Assembly (NCBI RefSeq): GCF_006345805.1
Contig: NC_042999.1
Coordinates: 141,112,001-141,176,000, forward strand
Direction of reading: 5' to 3'
Length of the DNA: 64,000 nucleotides
From: Octopus sinensis
Taxonomy: Eukaryota
Shown: piece after piece, positions 1-13,262 of the stretch
Position numbering within the stretch: position 1 is the stretch's first letter
Layout of the letters: every line of letters starts with the position of its first letter
The notes under the pieces: model-generated
The model's input: the letters and a program-made list of their open reading frames with translations, nothing else
What the model was told of the DNA's origin: nothing
Database searches by the model: none
Translations under genes and position numbers: made by a program

Positions 1-319
1 GCAAAGCAAACTTATTAATCACACAGCCATATACAGACAAACATAGATAGATAGATATACACACAGATATGCACACACTTGCTTTTACTCAAAATATTGA
101 CCTTTCAATATATGTAAGCTACTCTAATGTGAATTTACATCTTGTTGGAAACCAGAATATGTTTAAATCAATGATTAGCAACATATTTATACAAGTCAAA
201 ATTTAAAACATCAAAAGAATGATACAACACTGAAAAACGAAAAAATACATCTTTTATGAAAATTCTACAAAGTTATTAAAAACCATCAATAAGTCAAATG
301 ATTATCTAGGTGATATTAA

Positions 320-531
320 CCCTCTTGCTACCATATTTCTGTTGAAATAGACTGACTTTGTTTCAATTAATTTCGAAAATTATGAAAAATTTAGTAGAAT
401 AATTTTGTCATTATTAAGCTAGGACTTTGAACATGAAGTTTTGATAGAAGGTTTTAATTTAGATCACTTGAAAACAGGATGTTTCTATCATAGAACCAGG
501 GGTAGTTTTGGGTGAGGGTTGATATCAAAGG
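320..531. mobile_element. Non-autonomous TTAA-flanked MITE (piggyBac-like), copy 1
   Basis: TTAA at 316-319 and 532-535 flank ends CCCTCTTGCTACC...GATATCAAAGG, an imperfect TIR. A homologous copy lies at 59918-60134. TTAA target plus CCC/GGG-type termini is the piggyBac signature (established knowledge). Confidence 0.6.
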
Positions 532-1689
532 TTAATGGTCAGATATCTTAAAAGGGAAACTTCTGGAGCAACAAGTTTGATTGACAGATGAAAAAAAGAG
601 TAATTCAAATAGATTTGAATTGAAACAGAATATATTGACGATGAAATATATTGATGAGATACATACAAAGAATACATTGCCTAAGTAATGATAAATCAGT
701 TAAAAATCTCAATTCTCATTGTTATATTGATCAGCTAATAAAACAATAAGAACAATAAGAAAAGCAATTTATATATATATTACTTTTCTTAATGTTTTCT
801 CTTTGTTGTGTATGTTTGTATCAACCATTGTTAGTTCTCATCCACATAAATCTCATTCTATTTGATACATCACAAATCTTCTGCTTCTTTCTAATTCTTT
901 GTTACCTGGTAACTCCTAATAAATAAAGCTATATTGGTTTCTCACATAGCTCTGATCTGGCTCAGTTTGAGCCATCCTCCAAAATACCACCAATATTCTT
1001 TCTTTTTATTTTTCCAACTTTCTCCTATTTACTCCATATTTATAATTATATTTTAATAGCTTTTTATTTTTTTGTAATAAAACTTGCCTTACTGTTATGT
1101 ATTTTTTCTATTCTTAGCTTTTTGTTTTTTGTGTAGATCTCATTTAACTTTTCTTATTTGTTTCTTTGTTTTCTTGTTTTTGTGATGTTGTAATATATAA
1201 TGGTTTTGTCACCATGGTAATCAAAAAGTGAAATGGACAATTAGAGTGATATTTGTGGCTTTGATATACAAATATATTAAAACAAACACTATATCACATT
1301 AGATTTGAATGCACTTGAATTGGAAGACAAGAGAGAAAACTAATAAACACATTTTATTAAAATATTAAAATAAGTGTAACATTAAAAATGTGCCAAATTT
1401 AGCAAACTTAACAGGAATTATATCTCAGGAAATTAAAATACTTAGATGAATTATAAACGAAAAGAAAAGCTATATCTATAGTTGAAATAATGTGTCTACA
1501 AGGTTAAAAAAGTAACTCATCACTTTTCACTTAGTATGTTGACAAAGTTATATTTTATTACAAACAGCAAAACAGACACAGATATTTATTATATATATTA
1601 TAATTCACTCAACTTTCACTTATATGTTGTATACAAGTAACCTCTGTCATATTTTCATCATTTTTCCATGCCTGTGCAGGTTGAGTGGA

Positions 1690-1965
1690 TCTTCAGCACA
1701 GTTTATCAACCTTTGTTGCAATCTTCCATCATTTTCTTCATGAGTTTTAATGTCCAGAGATCATTTATTTACTTCTTCTTTCTATGATATTTTGGCCTCT
1801 CTATCCCACAGGATCTTTCCATTTGATTACTTGGCCCCTTTTTTATCCAACAGTCATCCTTCATATGTAACACATGTCCATACCACAGTCTTCTCTCTTG
1901 CACACTGCAACATCTGATACCTCTTAAACCCAGAGCTCTGTGTGTCAAAAATAATAGTGCTTGAC
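1690..1965 (-). mobile_element. RTE-clade LINE, C-terminal ORF2 fragment (decayed)
   Basis: ORF 1769..1993 reads LGLRGIRCCSVQERRLWYGHVLHMKDDCWIKK, homologous to IRSIRCGVQERRLCWYGPVLHMDEESCEKKC in the 36.8-37.2 kb element. The RRLxWxGHV motif is typical of the RTE C-terminus. Confidence 0.75.
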
Positions 1966-2499
1966 TATTAGTTGAATCTATCATGAAGGTCATTTTGCTC
2001 CTTTCTTCTTATACTGAAGAGTTGGTAGTTTTCCTCTTTGGTGGCTATGGTAAGAGATTGTATAGAGAATAAGACATCCATTGCCTTTCTTTAACTGGGA
2101 AAGAAAAGCTGTGTTTTTTTCTGCCTGGTGGCCATGGTGAAAGAGGTTGTATGGTGGACGAGATTGAAAGAACTGAAGACAAACACTTCTCTCTTTGGCC
2201 AATCCCTGATCAACTTCTTCAAGCTTCATTTGAAAAGGGAAATGTGGGTAGAGAGGGAAGTGTTATTGCTGAAAGGTGGATGAAAGTGGTGAGAATGTTG
2301 CGAGTGAACATGCCTGCCCTGTGCATATGCCTGTAGTTGGAAAAAAGGAAAGGAAAAAAGGCACCTGCCCCATAAGTCAGGATACCCATGGTTTTTATGG
2401 GGTTTTTCCATGAGCAGCCCTCAATGTCTCGTCCCTATTAAGGATCACACATTGTTGACACAAACCCTCACAACAACACACTTACACACATACACACAC

Positions 2500-2588
2500 A
2501 CATTCTTTGTTTTGTCCTGTGCTGTCCATAATGTTTCTCTTGATGTAAACCCTTGTGGTTAATAAAGAAATCATTATCATCATCATCA

Positions 2589-2632
<44 letters not shown>
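2500..2632 (+). mobile_element. Short LINE 3'-end fragment (L1/Tx1-like) with (CAT)n(TTA)n tail
   Basis: ...tgtaaacccttgtggttAATAAAgaaatc followed by a trinucleotide tail. It resembles the 3' end of the L1/Tx1 element at 38.8 kb (...ctctgtggcaAATAAAagaaaac). Confidence 0.4.
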
Positions 2633-2634
<2 letters not shown>

Positions 2635-5600
2635 ATCTGAATCTGCTTAGTGTATATCAACCATTGGGTAAATCTGAAAGTTCTTAACTTTACAAGTGAA
2701 TATGCTACATCTGCCACTGGCAGAAACAAGAAAATGGTTTTAAGAGAAACATTTTTGTTGATTGGACAGTTAAATGTCAGAGTTGTTAAATTGAAGATTT
2801 GTTCAATTTGAACTATTAGCTTTTGCAGTTTCCACTTTAGCACATTATCTTAATCAACAAAATTTGGTCTTTGCAATGGAATTTTTTAAGCTTTTTTTAT
2901 AAATACAATTTGTTGCGATTTTAATCAATTTTAATTTTGTATAGCTGCAACATTATAGCTGTTTTTGAGATAATTGCTAAAGCAACTCCAAGAAAGCCAA
3001 GTCTGCGACCCAGTTTCAATTCTCAGCTTTAGTATTTTATTTAGCTTCTGTTTTTAATGTCCTTGAGAAAAGCATAAATACTACACATCATATTTACTTC
3101 CTTATGAATTTCAGGGTTCTTTCTCATTCAATATTAATTATATTGGTACATAATCAGAGGCTAGGGATTGCCATAATTAATAGAAATATGATATCTTTTG
3201 TATAAGATAAAGTTTATAGAATGTGTTGTTATTACTGAAGTCTAAGGGATTTTCTTATATTACTGATCAGAATATTTGATTTTAGTTTATTCTTCTGTAA
3301 CAAGATTTGAAATCTGCTTGTCACTGTGAATTTCTATTTTTTTAATCCTCTTTCTACTGTTCAGTATCTTAATGCTAGAATTAGTGAAATGGTCTTTGTC
3401 AGAGCACATGGTTGAAGTACAATACTTTTCCTTCTCTCTACAAACTTGTAACCTTGTGTTATTTTATGAAATTAAAAAATTATAGTGATTAGGTGGTGGA
3501 GTGGGAGAAATGGTAACTCCAGAATAAATACCTTGTGGTATTCACATTCCTTTACATTCTGAGTTTAAATCCATCCATATTACATTTTACCTTTCATCCC
3601 CCTAATGTTCATGAAATAAGCAGGTAAGTACTATATTGAGATTGATTCATTTAATTTAACCCCATCCAATAACTTTGTGGCTTTGTGACAAACATAGAAA
3701 CCATATATCATTTTTATTGGTTGATAGCTCCAGGTCAGACCTGATGAAGCAAGCCTATGCTCAAAAAACCATTTTGTCTGTGATTATCCATTCTTTTTTC
3801 AGATATAATGTGTATAAGTGTATATACACTATATCTGAAATATACATACAATGTATGTATATTTCATTTTCCAACATCTTTTTTAAAAATGTCTCGTATG
3901 ATTTGAAGGAAATTTATTTGCTAGTTTCTAGTTGGTCAAGTGCCTTATCTTTGTCATAGTATCCAGTAGAGGTGTAGGGTTTCAAATTAAGAGCAATGCT
4001 GTAGACATTTTAACTTTCTTAAAGCAATTTAGTTTCTGTTGAGGTTATGAAATATCCAGGATATGTTGCTAAATAGAATAATTCTTAAGTGTTGTGATTC
4101 TTTTTCTAGGAATAAGGTAACATTAGTAAACAGCAAGTAATGTTTTAACTAGACACAAGGTAAATACTTTTAAGGGAAATAGCTTAGTTCACTAATCTGA
4201 CCTCAGTCTATGTTTTTGCATCAGTTTTTTCCATGCTAGCATAGGCTAGATAAATATGATACTGGGGCATACTTTTACAACCAGATGCCTTTCTTGATGC
4301 TAACTCTTGGCTTATTCTATGCTATTTTGAAGTGTTAAAGTGTGTTGGCAATCTATTAACAGAAGTGCCAACAACAGCACGACTCAAATGATGTGACTTT
4401 CATGTAAGCAAGCAGTAATGAAACACTCAACACAAAGATATGTCTGTGCATGCACACACACACACATTATGGTCTTCTTTTAGTTTCCATCTTCAAAATG
4501 CACTCACCTTGGGCAATAGTAGAAGATAGTACTTGCTCAAAGTGATGCCCAGTGGAACTGAACTATGTGTTTGGGAAATAAACTTTACAACCATACAGCC
4601 AGAATAACACTTATATGTCTGTTTCCCTTTGTATACTTTGAAAGGATGAAAGACAGTGTTAGTCATAATGATATTTAAAACTAAAAGCAAGATATAAAAA
4701 AAAATAAATAATGTGAAGCATTTTTTTATTTATTTGAGAGCCCTATTCTTTTGGTCATCACATTACTAATTTGAAAACAAAATGTTGCAGACACTTCTGT
4801 CATTGACCTTGACCTCTAGTCATATTTATCTTGGCATATACTCAATGTTTTAGTTGTTGCATCCTCAGACACTCTTTCACTGACATTTTATCAATTACCT
4901 TTTTAGTTCCCCCGTCTTTATTTTCTTCATCTATCTTTTTGTTTTTTGGACTTGTTTTTCCTTTTGTGTGTCGCATAATATATGAACCAACATTTGGCAA
5001 GTTAAGGTTTTTTTTCTAGCCTATAAACTAACTTTAAACTCTCAACATAAGAACCAGTCAAAATTCTAGCACTCCTTAATCTCTATTCTTGCTAGTGGTA
5101 GAACCAGATGTATTTTTTAGTATATCTGATATATATATATATATATATATATATGCCTTGTGTTACATTCAGTCTCTCTACATAAGGTTGCAACAGAATC
5201 CCTAATGGAGAATTATATTTCCAATGATTTGCCACCATTATTATTATCATTATCATTAATATTATTATTATTATTTTCTTGCTTGCTTTTTAACATGCTC
5301 TTTCTCATTTGACTGTAACAGATTATTTTTACCTTTACTGTGAAAGATAGGTATTGGTAGGTAGACTCTCCAGCTGCTATCAGTTACACCTCTATATATT
5401 TTAGATAGTTTCAGCTGATTTAGAGCTACCTTGGTTTATAAGAGTTTTCTTCTACACCTTTATAGATTCAGCTGGTTCATACTGCTTCAGCTTATGACGT
5501 TGTAAAAGTACTCTAAAGTATTTGTGGGAGATAGAGAAAAGCATTTCTTAATTTTTAGTTTTTATTTCTTTTATTTTCTACTCTTTTTGATTTTTCATTT

Positions 5601-6780
5601 TTTTACTTCTTTTTTTCTTCCATTTAATCTTTAGTCTACATTCTAACCAATATCATCTTTCCATTTCCATTACTCCCCTTCTGTCAATCTTTTGCAGAAA
5701 ATGGCATGACATTTTTTTGCTTTTTTACCTGAGGAAACAAGTTAAAAATGTGAGGTGAAAAGTAAGATATAGCATTTATTAAAAAAAATATATCTGTCCA
5801 ACCTCAAGCAATACCATATGTATGTCAAACAACAGTTAGTCAACATAGTTCTGGAATAAATATCTTCTAGCAGTAGCCATGATAGTTCCTTGGTTATTTT
5901 GAGGACTCTCATACATAGACCTTTCTAGAATATTTAAAAAAATCTTTTATCTTTATTCTTACTTGTAAGTCATAATATCTAATGGATTAAGGGGTTCTCA
6001 AGTCATGCTTTCAAACTGTACTACAGCTAGTCAGTAAACCATCAGCAAGGATACATAACTTTGTATGCTTCTGTTTGCCTGGTTGATAACAGGGTACTGT
6101 TCTACTTTTCAGAAAATCTACTTTCATTTGATATGGTTTCCCTTCTTATAAGATGATAGTGTTATTTGTGGGAGATTTGGTTATTTCTTGTATGTAGGTT
6201 GGATGACTTTGTGCAGGGACCCTCATTGGTTTTTGCAAATGGGTATCAACACATATATTGTCATTGTTCTAATACCCTATTTTATGCTGGTTCAATAACT
6301 TTTTAAAACAATGGTTAATAATATATAGTTTAAGAAAAATAATTTTTTATACTGAATTTAAACATGGACATTAAATATATTTATAAAGCAAAAAAAAAAA
6401 AAAAGTTGGGAGGTTTAACTTTCTCTTGTTTTCTCTTTAAACCCTATTTCCACTCTTTGAATTTATATTCAGTATATAGAAATACAAGCTTTTAAAGGTT
6501 CTTTAAAAATTTAACTAATGATTCTAAATATTAAAATATATACCTTGGGTCTGCTGTTATTGATAAAATTTCTATAAATCTTTCTTTCTATTTGAATATA
6601 TTTGTGTTTCATTTTTTTGTCTTTCTGTCTTTAATGTTTTTGCTTTCTTTTCTAATCATCCTTAAGTCTCATAGTTACACATCTACATACCTCTGGGATA
6701 AACGTGAGCTTGGAAAATTTATTTCTTATGCAAAGTTACAAAATTGTTATTCATTATATATCATTTCTTTTCTTTTTAGT

Positions 6781-6802
6781 CTTCTTCTTCTTCTTCTTCT
6801 TC

Positions 6803-6881
<79 letters not shown>

Positions 6882-6885
6882 CATC
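6781..6885. repeat. (CTT)n(ATT)n microsatellite
   Basis: Seen directly. It generates the poly-L/poly-I ORFs 6592..6936 and 6704..6943. Confidence 0.95.
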
Positions 6886-7562
6886 ATTCATAAAAATGAT
6901 TTCTTTTTTAATAATAATAATAATAAAGATATATAAGAAATAATTATTATTATTAATATGAGTATAGAAAAAAAAATAAGGTAACTAAACTATAAATCTC
7001 AGAAATAAATAGCCACATAATACTTTTCATTTTTTCTTTTCAAACATAGTTAGAGAAAGGGTATTAAAAGAAAGGAAAAGTTAAAAGCAAGTGTTGGAGG
7101 AAACAGTAGTGAGATAGGTGAATTTACTGTTTGTATCAAAGCTTCAGTCAGCTGTAAGTGGTAAAATGATTCTGTTAATGAATATGTGAAGAATGTATTA
7201 CAATTCTTCAAGACTATGTCATTATTTTATGTACTATAATGTAACCAGAATGGGAGTACACTTCTCAGATTTCTCTTCATGCTAACTCCAATTCAAATGT
7301 GATATCACCTGCAGTTCAGATAAAGTTTCTTGATGGAAAGTAAAAGATAAATTTATCAATTACTACATCTCTTTTCACTATCATCTAATCTGTAGTTTTC
7401 CAAACAGAGGAGTAGTATTTATTCAGCTTCTCAGAAATTAGTTTATTCATTTGTTCTCTTCCCCATTCCCTTTCTTTTTTTCTCTCTCTCTCATTCTCTC
7501 TCTCTCCCTTTCTCTCCTCCCCACTCTCTGTATATATATATATATATATATTTTTTTTTTTT

Positions 7563-7760
7563 TCCATGGACTGTGGCTATGCTGGGGCACTGCCTTGAAG
7601 GGTTTTGTTGAACAAAATTAGCCCCACTATTTATTTTTTTATGGTACTTATCCTATTAGTCTCTTTTGCTGACCCACTATGTTACAGGAACATAACCAAA
7701 TCAACAGAGATTGTCAAGCAGTGGTGGGAGACAAACATAGACACACACACACACACACAC

Positions 7761-7798
<38 letters not shown>

Positions 7799-7809
7799 CA
7801 CACACACAC

Positions 7810-7843
<34 letters not shown>

Positions 7844-7858
7844 CACACACACACATAT

Positions 7859-7913
<55 letters not shown>

Positions 7914-8070
7914 AGCTTCTTTCAATTTCTATCTGCCAGATCCACCCACAAGGCTTTGGTTGGCCCAGAACTATAGTAGAAGAACACTTGCCAAAGGTGC
8001 CATGCCATAGGACTGAAGCTGGAACCATGTGGTTGAGCAGAAAACTTCTTATCCCACAGCCACACCTGTG
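7563..8070 (-). mobile_element. tRNA-derived SINE family B (CORE-like ACCTTGGGCAAGTGT motif) with expanded internal (CA)n/(AT)n microsatellite
   Basis: Reverse complement matches the family B copies at 14671, 27331, 48951 and 51900. The internal microsatellite at 7740-7908 explains the HT/IY/CV-repeat ORFs. Confidence 0.85.
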
Positions 8071-8158
8071 CTTGTGTGTGTACTTATATATATCATTAGT
8101 AGATCATAAATCCAAAAGAGAAGCATACTCTAAGTTATAGAGCATTACAGTATTTAGA

Positions 8159-8302
8159 TAAAGATAGTTATGGCTAGTTTCTAGGGTTACCCAGGTTTTT
8201 GCTTCCATAAAGCACTTAGCGTTATAATATCTCATCAGACCCTAATGGCCAGTGGACACAAAACCCTGGGCAACCCTATAAAACAGGCCATAACTATCTT
8301 TA
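8159..8302. mobile_element. Palindromic MITE (~145 bp) with ~45-50 bp inverted arms
   Basis: Left arm aaagatagttatggctagtttctagggttacccaggtttttg versus reverse complement of the right arm aaagatagttatggcctgttttatagggttgcccagggttttg. Confidence 0.75.
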
Positions 8303-9185
8303 AATATATTTATGTATATATAACACATATATGGAATATACTAACATATCACTATGTTGACAAAGATAACACAGATATTTGAATGAATATCAGTGATACT
8401 TAGTAGATTTAACTCAGGATATCTGGAATCCTTAATGCTAATTCTGCTATCAATGAAATTTAAATTCCTGTGCTACATGCATGCTTAGAGGAAGTAAAAA
8501 TAAACCAGACTTGAGTATTACCTCTTTAATCACTACATCACTTGGTCTTCGCTCATTTCTCTATAGATCCAATAATATGTATGTAACTTATTGACTGCAA
8601 AGCTATGAAAATGAAAGTTAATTCAAGAGTTTGTAGCTGCTCTTTAATTATTTCAGCAAAATGAAATAATTACATAAAGATATGGCGTACAATTCTTTGT
8701 TTGTGTAAGTTATAATTATCACTATAAATTGCCCTGCCTACTCACTTATACAGAAGTTAACACAAGAAGATAACATATCAAATGTACTTTTCAGAAGTTC
8801 TATCTCAAGCTCCAAATAGCATCAAACTCTAGATATCTGCCATATTTGTGTGTGTGTATGTGGTGGGGAGAATGTAATGGTGCCCTTTCTGTAACATCTA
8901 TTACCAATACTGACTAGATAAATCCTTTTGAGATTTCAAATGCAAAGTGATTGAGATCTAGATTTTACTACTTCTTTGCTCTTGATTTTCATGTTTTATG
9001 AAGCATGTCATGATAACACTACATGGCTGTCTTTCTCTCTCATTTACTCATTCTACTCTTACTCTCAATGTATGTGTGTAAGCATGTGTACACGTGCATG
9101 CATACATACATACATACATACATACATACATACGTATATATGTATGCATAAGTATATGTATGTGTATACATGCTTTCACACATAC

Positions 9186-9218
<33 letters not shown>

Positions 9219-9223
<5 letters not shown>

Positions 9224-9352
9224 GCATGGTTCAGTGGTTAGAACATCGGGTTTACAATCATGAGTTTGTGAGTTCAATTCCCTGACCAGACTCTGTGTTG
9301 TATTCTTGAGCGCATTGTTCCAGTTCACTCAGCTGTAGAAGTAAGTTGTGAT
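9219..9352 (+). mobile_element. SINE head fragment (tRNA-like, related to family D)
   Basis: TGGTTCAGTGGTTAGA A-box-like and GAGTTCAATTCC B-box-like motifs, with a layout similar to the head of the 12592-12891 element. Confidence 0.55.
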
Positions 9353-10479
9353 GTATTATATATATTGATATATATATATATATTATATATCTAGTGATGT
9401 ATTATATATCTAAAAGTCCATATATAATAAAATATCATATAAAATACACCTCATAATTTTGTGGCCTAACTTGTCTTAAAGACCTACAATACCATGCATA
9501 CTATGCAGTATCACACAACTACTACAAGATAATCTACTATAATATATTTTTCTTAATAAAAGTGGTTAAGGACCTTGTAGTCTATTAATATGTATTGTAT
9601 GTATTCCTACTTATAATGTTGATTTTGGTAGAAAAATGCTGCATATTATATGGTTTCAGCATGGCCACAGCCTTAGGGCTGAAATGTATAAAAGTGGAGT
9701 TTCATGGTGTATCTGTTCATGTGTTCATATATAAAAGGGCAACCTTTATATCCAACTTAATGTGGGTTTTATGTTAGAATGCAGAATACTGCATTACATT
9801 ATGCAGTATTTTGTGTTCTAACGTAACATCCACATTAAGTTGGATATAAAGATTGCCTTTTGGTATTAACACTTTTTCTGTTGTTATTAATTATATGTGT
9901 GTGTATAAAACCGATGACTGGAGCCTGATACAGCTCTCCAGCTTACCAGCTCCAGTCAAACCATTTAACCCATACCAGCATGGAAAACAGGTGCCATATG
10001 ATGATGATGATGATGATGAAGATATATGTGTGTGCGTGTGTGTGTGTGTGTGTGTGTTTTAGAGAAGAATCACCATATAGCAATTCAACAATGATATAAT
10101 TAAATCATACCATATAGAAAAAAATTAAATATATGATAAAACATATACCTATAATTAAGTAAAGTACAAAATAATAAATAAATATTGCTGTATTATATAT
10201 AAATACACACAGACACACACACACACATGGATGAATGGATGGAGGTCTGTCTGTGTCTGTCTATCTGATGATATCAGTTACACATCAGCTGTGTCATGCA
10301 CAGCTGTGTGCAGTGTTTCAGTGCATTTGAAGCTTGGTACTGCTGGGCCACAAAAAGGAAATAATCACACCATTGGGCAAGTGGAGAATGTGTATTTTAG
10401 CAATTGTGCATGAGCCACAGAGATCAGTTTTCCTGTTGATGGATGCTTCAAGGCTTTTGCAGTATATGCAGTTTCTCAT

Positions 10480-10715
10480 GAAGACAGATTTAGCACGGTG
10501 AGGGTTGGAGTGGAATCTAGTGTACAGCTAGGTACTCATCAAAGCTTGGTTCTTAGTCCACTCCTGTTTATTATAATTCTCTGGGCTAGAACAGTGGAGT
10601 TTAACACTAGTTGCCCAAGGAACTCCTGTATGCTGACAACTTAGTCTTCATAACTGAATTTGTTGAAGATTTAGAGAGTAATTCCAAATGTAAAAGCAAA
10701 GCATAGAATCTTTAA
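10480..10715 (+). mobile_element. RTE-clade LINE reverse-transcriptase fragment (pseudo)
   Basis: Frame-disrupted translation SVQLGTHQSLVLSPLLFIIILWARTVEFNTSCP/ELLYADNLVFI aligns to VGVHQGSALSLLLFIIV...EFKTGCPWELLYADDLALI of the 37.3-37.9 kb ORF. Confidence 0.8.
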
Positions 10716-12591
10716 GAAAAGAAAAAAACTCCTTTTTTTTTTTAAGTAAACCAAATTTTCTAGTGAATGGCTTGTGTTTTGCATTTACAGAATTTATCTT
10801 TTCCTTTATTGGTTAAACATATGTACTTTTATCTATATGTGATTTACAATATGTTAACTATTTGGTATATTATAAGGATGAAATATTTATGTTATATTTA
10901 TTTAACTTATGTTTATGTTACGAACAGTGTTATTATAAACAGTTTTGAAAGCGTTTAACGTGAGTCATAAATATGTTTGTTGTTGAGTTTTTGAGCTTTA
11001 ATACCATATTGCTGTATTATTCTCCTTTAAGTATTTAAACTAAAATGGACAATTTGTTTGATTATTGCATTTAAAGTGGGATTAAATAGTCATAAATTTG
11101 TTCTTGTTATAGAAGTTTGTAGAAACAAGAACTTAGTCAAAGTTAGGTGTAGTTAAGTGAAAAACTGTCGAATATTTTGTTATATTCATTGAGTTTGTGG
11201 AAGTATTTTGTGGTTAATATGAAAAAGAATTCTCCTATTAGGATTGCTGCAATAATCTCAAAAGGGAAATTGCACTGAATTATATTATGCTCCCTATTTT
11301 AGTAGTTTTCTTGTTTTCCTCATTATTTATATATTTTTTAATTTTATTTACTTAAATCACACAAAAATCATTCTCTCTTGGACTCTTTTAGCAGTAGGGT
11401 TTTCGGTTCCTTTCCCAGTATTTTTCCAGTATCTCGGTTGTACCATCTCTTCTAGTAATAGAGAACTTAGCAATATCCAAAATTTCTTCAATGTACCAAT
11501 TAAAATTTGAAAAATGGCAATCAAATTCTTTGTCCTAAACAGGTGCGTGTGTGTGTGTGTGTGTGTGTGTGTAACTTTAACTCCTTGATAACAAGATTGT
11601 CAGTAACAACTGCTATTCTGTTATAGTCATCACTGATGCTGCTGGCAGATATGGACTTGAAAGGTTTAATAGAATTTGCTCCACTGGAGATCAGCTCTTC
11701 AGTATATTTACTTACTTAAGTTGTATCTCTTGTAAGTGCTTCTTAATATGGCATGTATACAATTTACAAAACTGCATGATATTTTCTTTTGAATGTAGGA
11801 AAACAAAAACACAAGTCACATTGTGTGTGTGTGTGTGTGTGTGTATGTGTGTGTGTGTGTGTGTTTAATCTTTAATATTTCAATATCCCAACTATAGCTG
11901 CTATGCTATTGCATGTTGACAATAACAGAATTGTGACAGTTTGGTTTGTAAGCAATATTTAATTTCTAAAGCAGTAATTTGTTAATGATGAGCCATTGCA
12001 AAATACTATGTCACATAGCCACTTTAGGTGTCTAAAAATATTTTGTAAATGTATGATTTGCAGTATTGTGTTTTTAAGACATAACTTATTTTTGTGCCCT
12101 AGCAATGTTATTCACATTGGCATCTTTTATTCTTTCTTTAAATAAATAAAAATTGTCCACATTTCAAGTGTAATGTTCTAATAATCTTTCCAAATGGAAA
12201 TCAAAATTGTTTTGCCAATAATTTACATTTACTACTAAAAATAAAACTCCGTGCATTGATACAAAACTATAGATTCTTTAAAACAAGGATTTACTCATTT
12301 GAGTTGATGCAAGTATTTAGCTGGAACTTATTTCACCAAACCTAGAGAGATGCCAGGCAAAATTGGCTATAGCATGGTCTCAAATATATTATAGAAGAGA
12401 ATCTAAATATTGCAAGGGAATTAGTCTTTTACAGAACAAAAAAAAAAGGATTTAATTCAGTGCATTTTTCAACCCCACTACCAACAACAAAAACAGTATT
12501 AGAATTTGTAATACTGATGTATAAACAAGGCACAAAAAAATAAACTTGGTTAGAGGGAAAAGTTGATTATGTTGATCTCTGTGTTTGATTG

Positions 12592-12891
12592 TTTGTTCCT
12601 TCTCAAGCCATGCCTGGTTCATAAGGGCTGGTTTCCCAGTTTCTTTGGCATATAGGCTCCCCACCTGGACGGGATGCCAGTCCATCGCAGGTGAGCTGCA
12701 AGATGCAGGAGGAAAGAGTGAGAGAAAGTTGTGGTGAAAGAGTCAGCAGAAGTTCGCCAATACCTTCTGCTGGCGCCGCATGGAGCTTAGGTGTTTCACT
12801 CATAAACATACACATCACCTGGTCTGAGATTCGAACCCGCGATCCCTCGACTGCGAGTCTACTGCTCTAACCACTAGGCCATGTGCCTCCG
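12592..12891 (-). mobile_element. tRNA-derived SINE family D (V-domain-like), apparently full length with 13-bp TSD
   Basis: The minus strand starts GGAGGCACA TGGCCTAGTGG (A box)...GGGTTCGAATC (B box) and contains CCTGCGATGGACTGGCATCCCGTCCAGG, which resembles the V-SINE central domain as I recall it. The direct repeat CTGTGTTTGATTG flanks it at 12579-12591 and 12892-12904. Confidence 0.9.
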
Positions 12892-13069
12892 CTGTGTTTG
12901 ATTGGACAGATATTTTATTAATCTTGGAAGGATAGAAGTCCAAATTAACCTTGTTGGAGTTTGAATTCACAAAATGATACAATTATATATATCACAAGAT
13001 ATTTTTTCTATACTCTACTGATTCTGTCTATCCATTGCCCTTTGAGATTTCATAATATTCCAGTCTACT

Positions 13070-13262
13070 AAGATAGCATAAGGCCTAGTGGGCTAGTCAA
13101 TTAAATTGACTCCAGTGCTCATCTGGTACTTATTTTATCAATCCCAAAAGGATGAAAGGCAAAGTCAACCTTGGTGGAATTTGAACTCAGAACACAAAGA
13201 TAGATAAAATGCTGCTAAGCATTTTTGTTCAGCATTATAATGATTCTGCCAGCTTGCTTCCT
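13070..13262 (-). mobile_element. tRNA-derived SINE family A
   Basis: Plus strand ...ggtacttattttatcaatcccaaaaggatgaaaggcaaagtcaacc...gaatttgaactcagaac...gattctgccagc. The reverse complement carries A-box TGGCAGAAT and B-box GAGTTCAAATTC. There are more than 20 related copies in the window. Confidence 0.85.

Noticed and set aside
5350-5500. Second hammerhead-like motif (ctgatagcagctggagag, atcagctgaaac on the minus strand)
   Set aside because: The half-motifs are in the wrong order or too degenerate to assemble a core. At best it is an old related repeat.
7249-7339. Candidate 91-nt exon (WEYTSQISLHANSNSNVISPAVQIKFLDG)
   Set aside because: Weak acceptor and donor, and no recognisable homology.
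11581-11790. Stop-free frames on both strands with GTAAGT donors
   Set aside because: There are mutually incompatible exon models on opposite strands and no recognisable protein, so none can be supported.
12822-12890. tRNA gene (good A and B boxes, CGC in an anticodon-like loop)
   Set aside because: The acceptor stem does not pair, and the sequence continues into a SINE body bounded by a 13-bp TSD. It is a SINE head.
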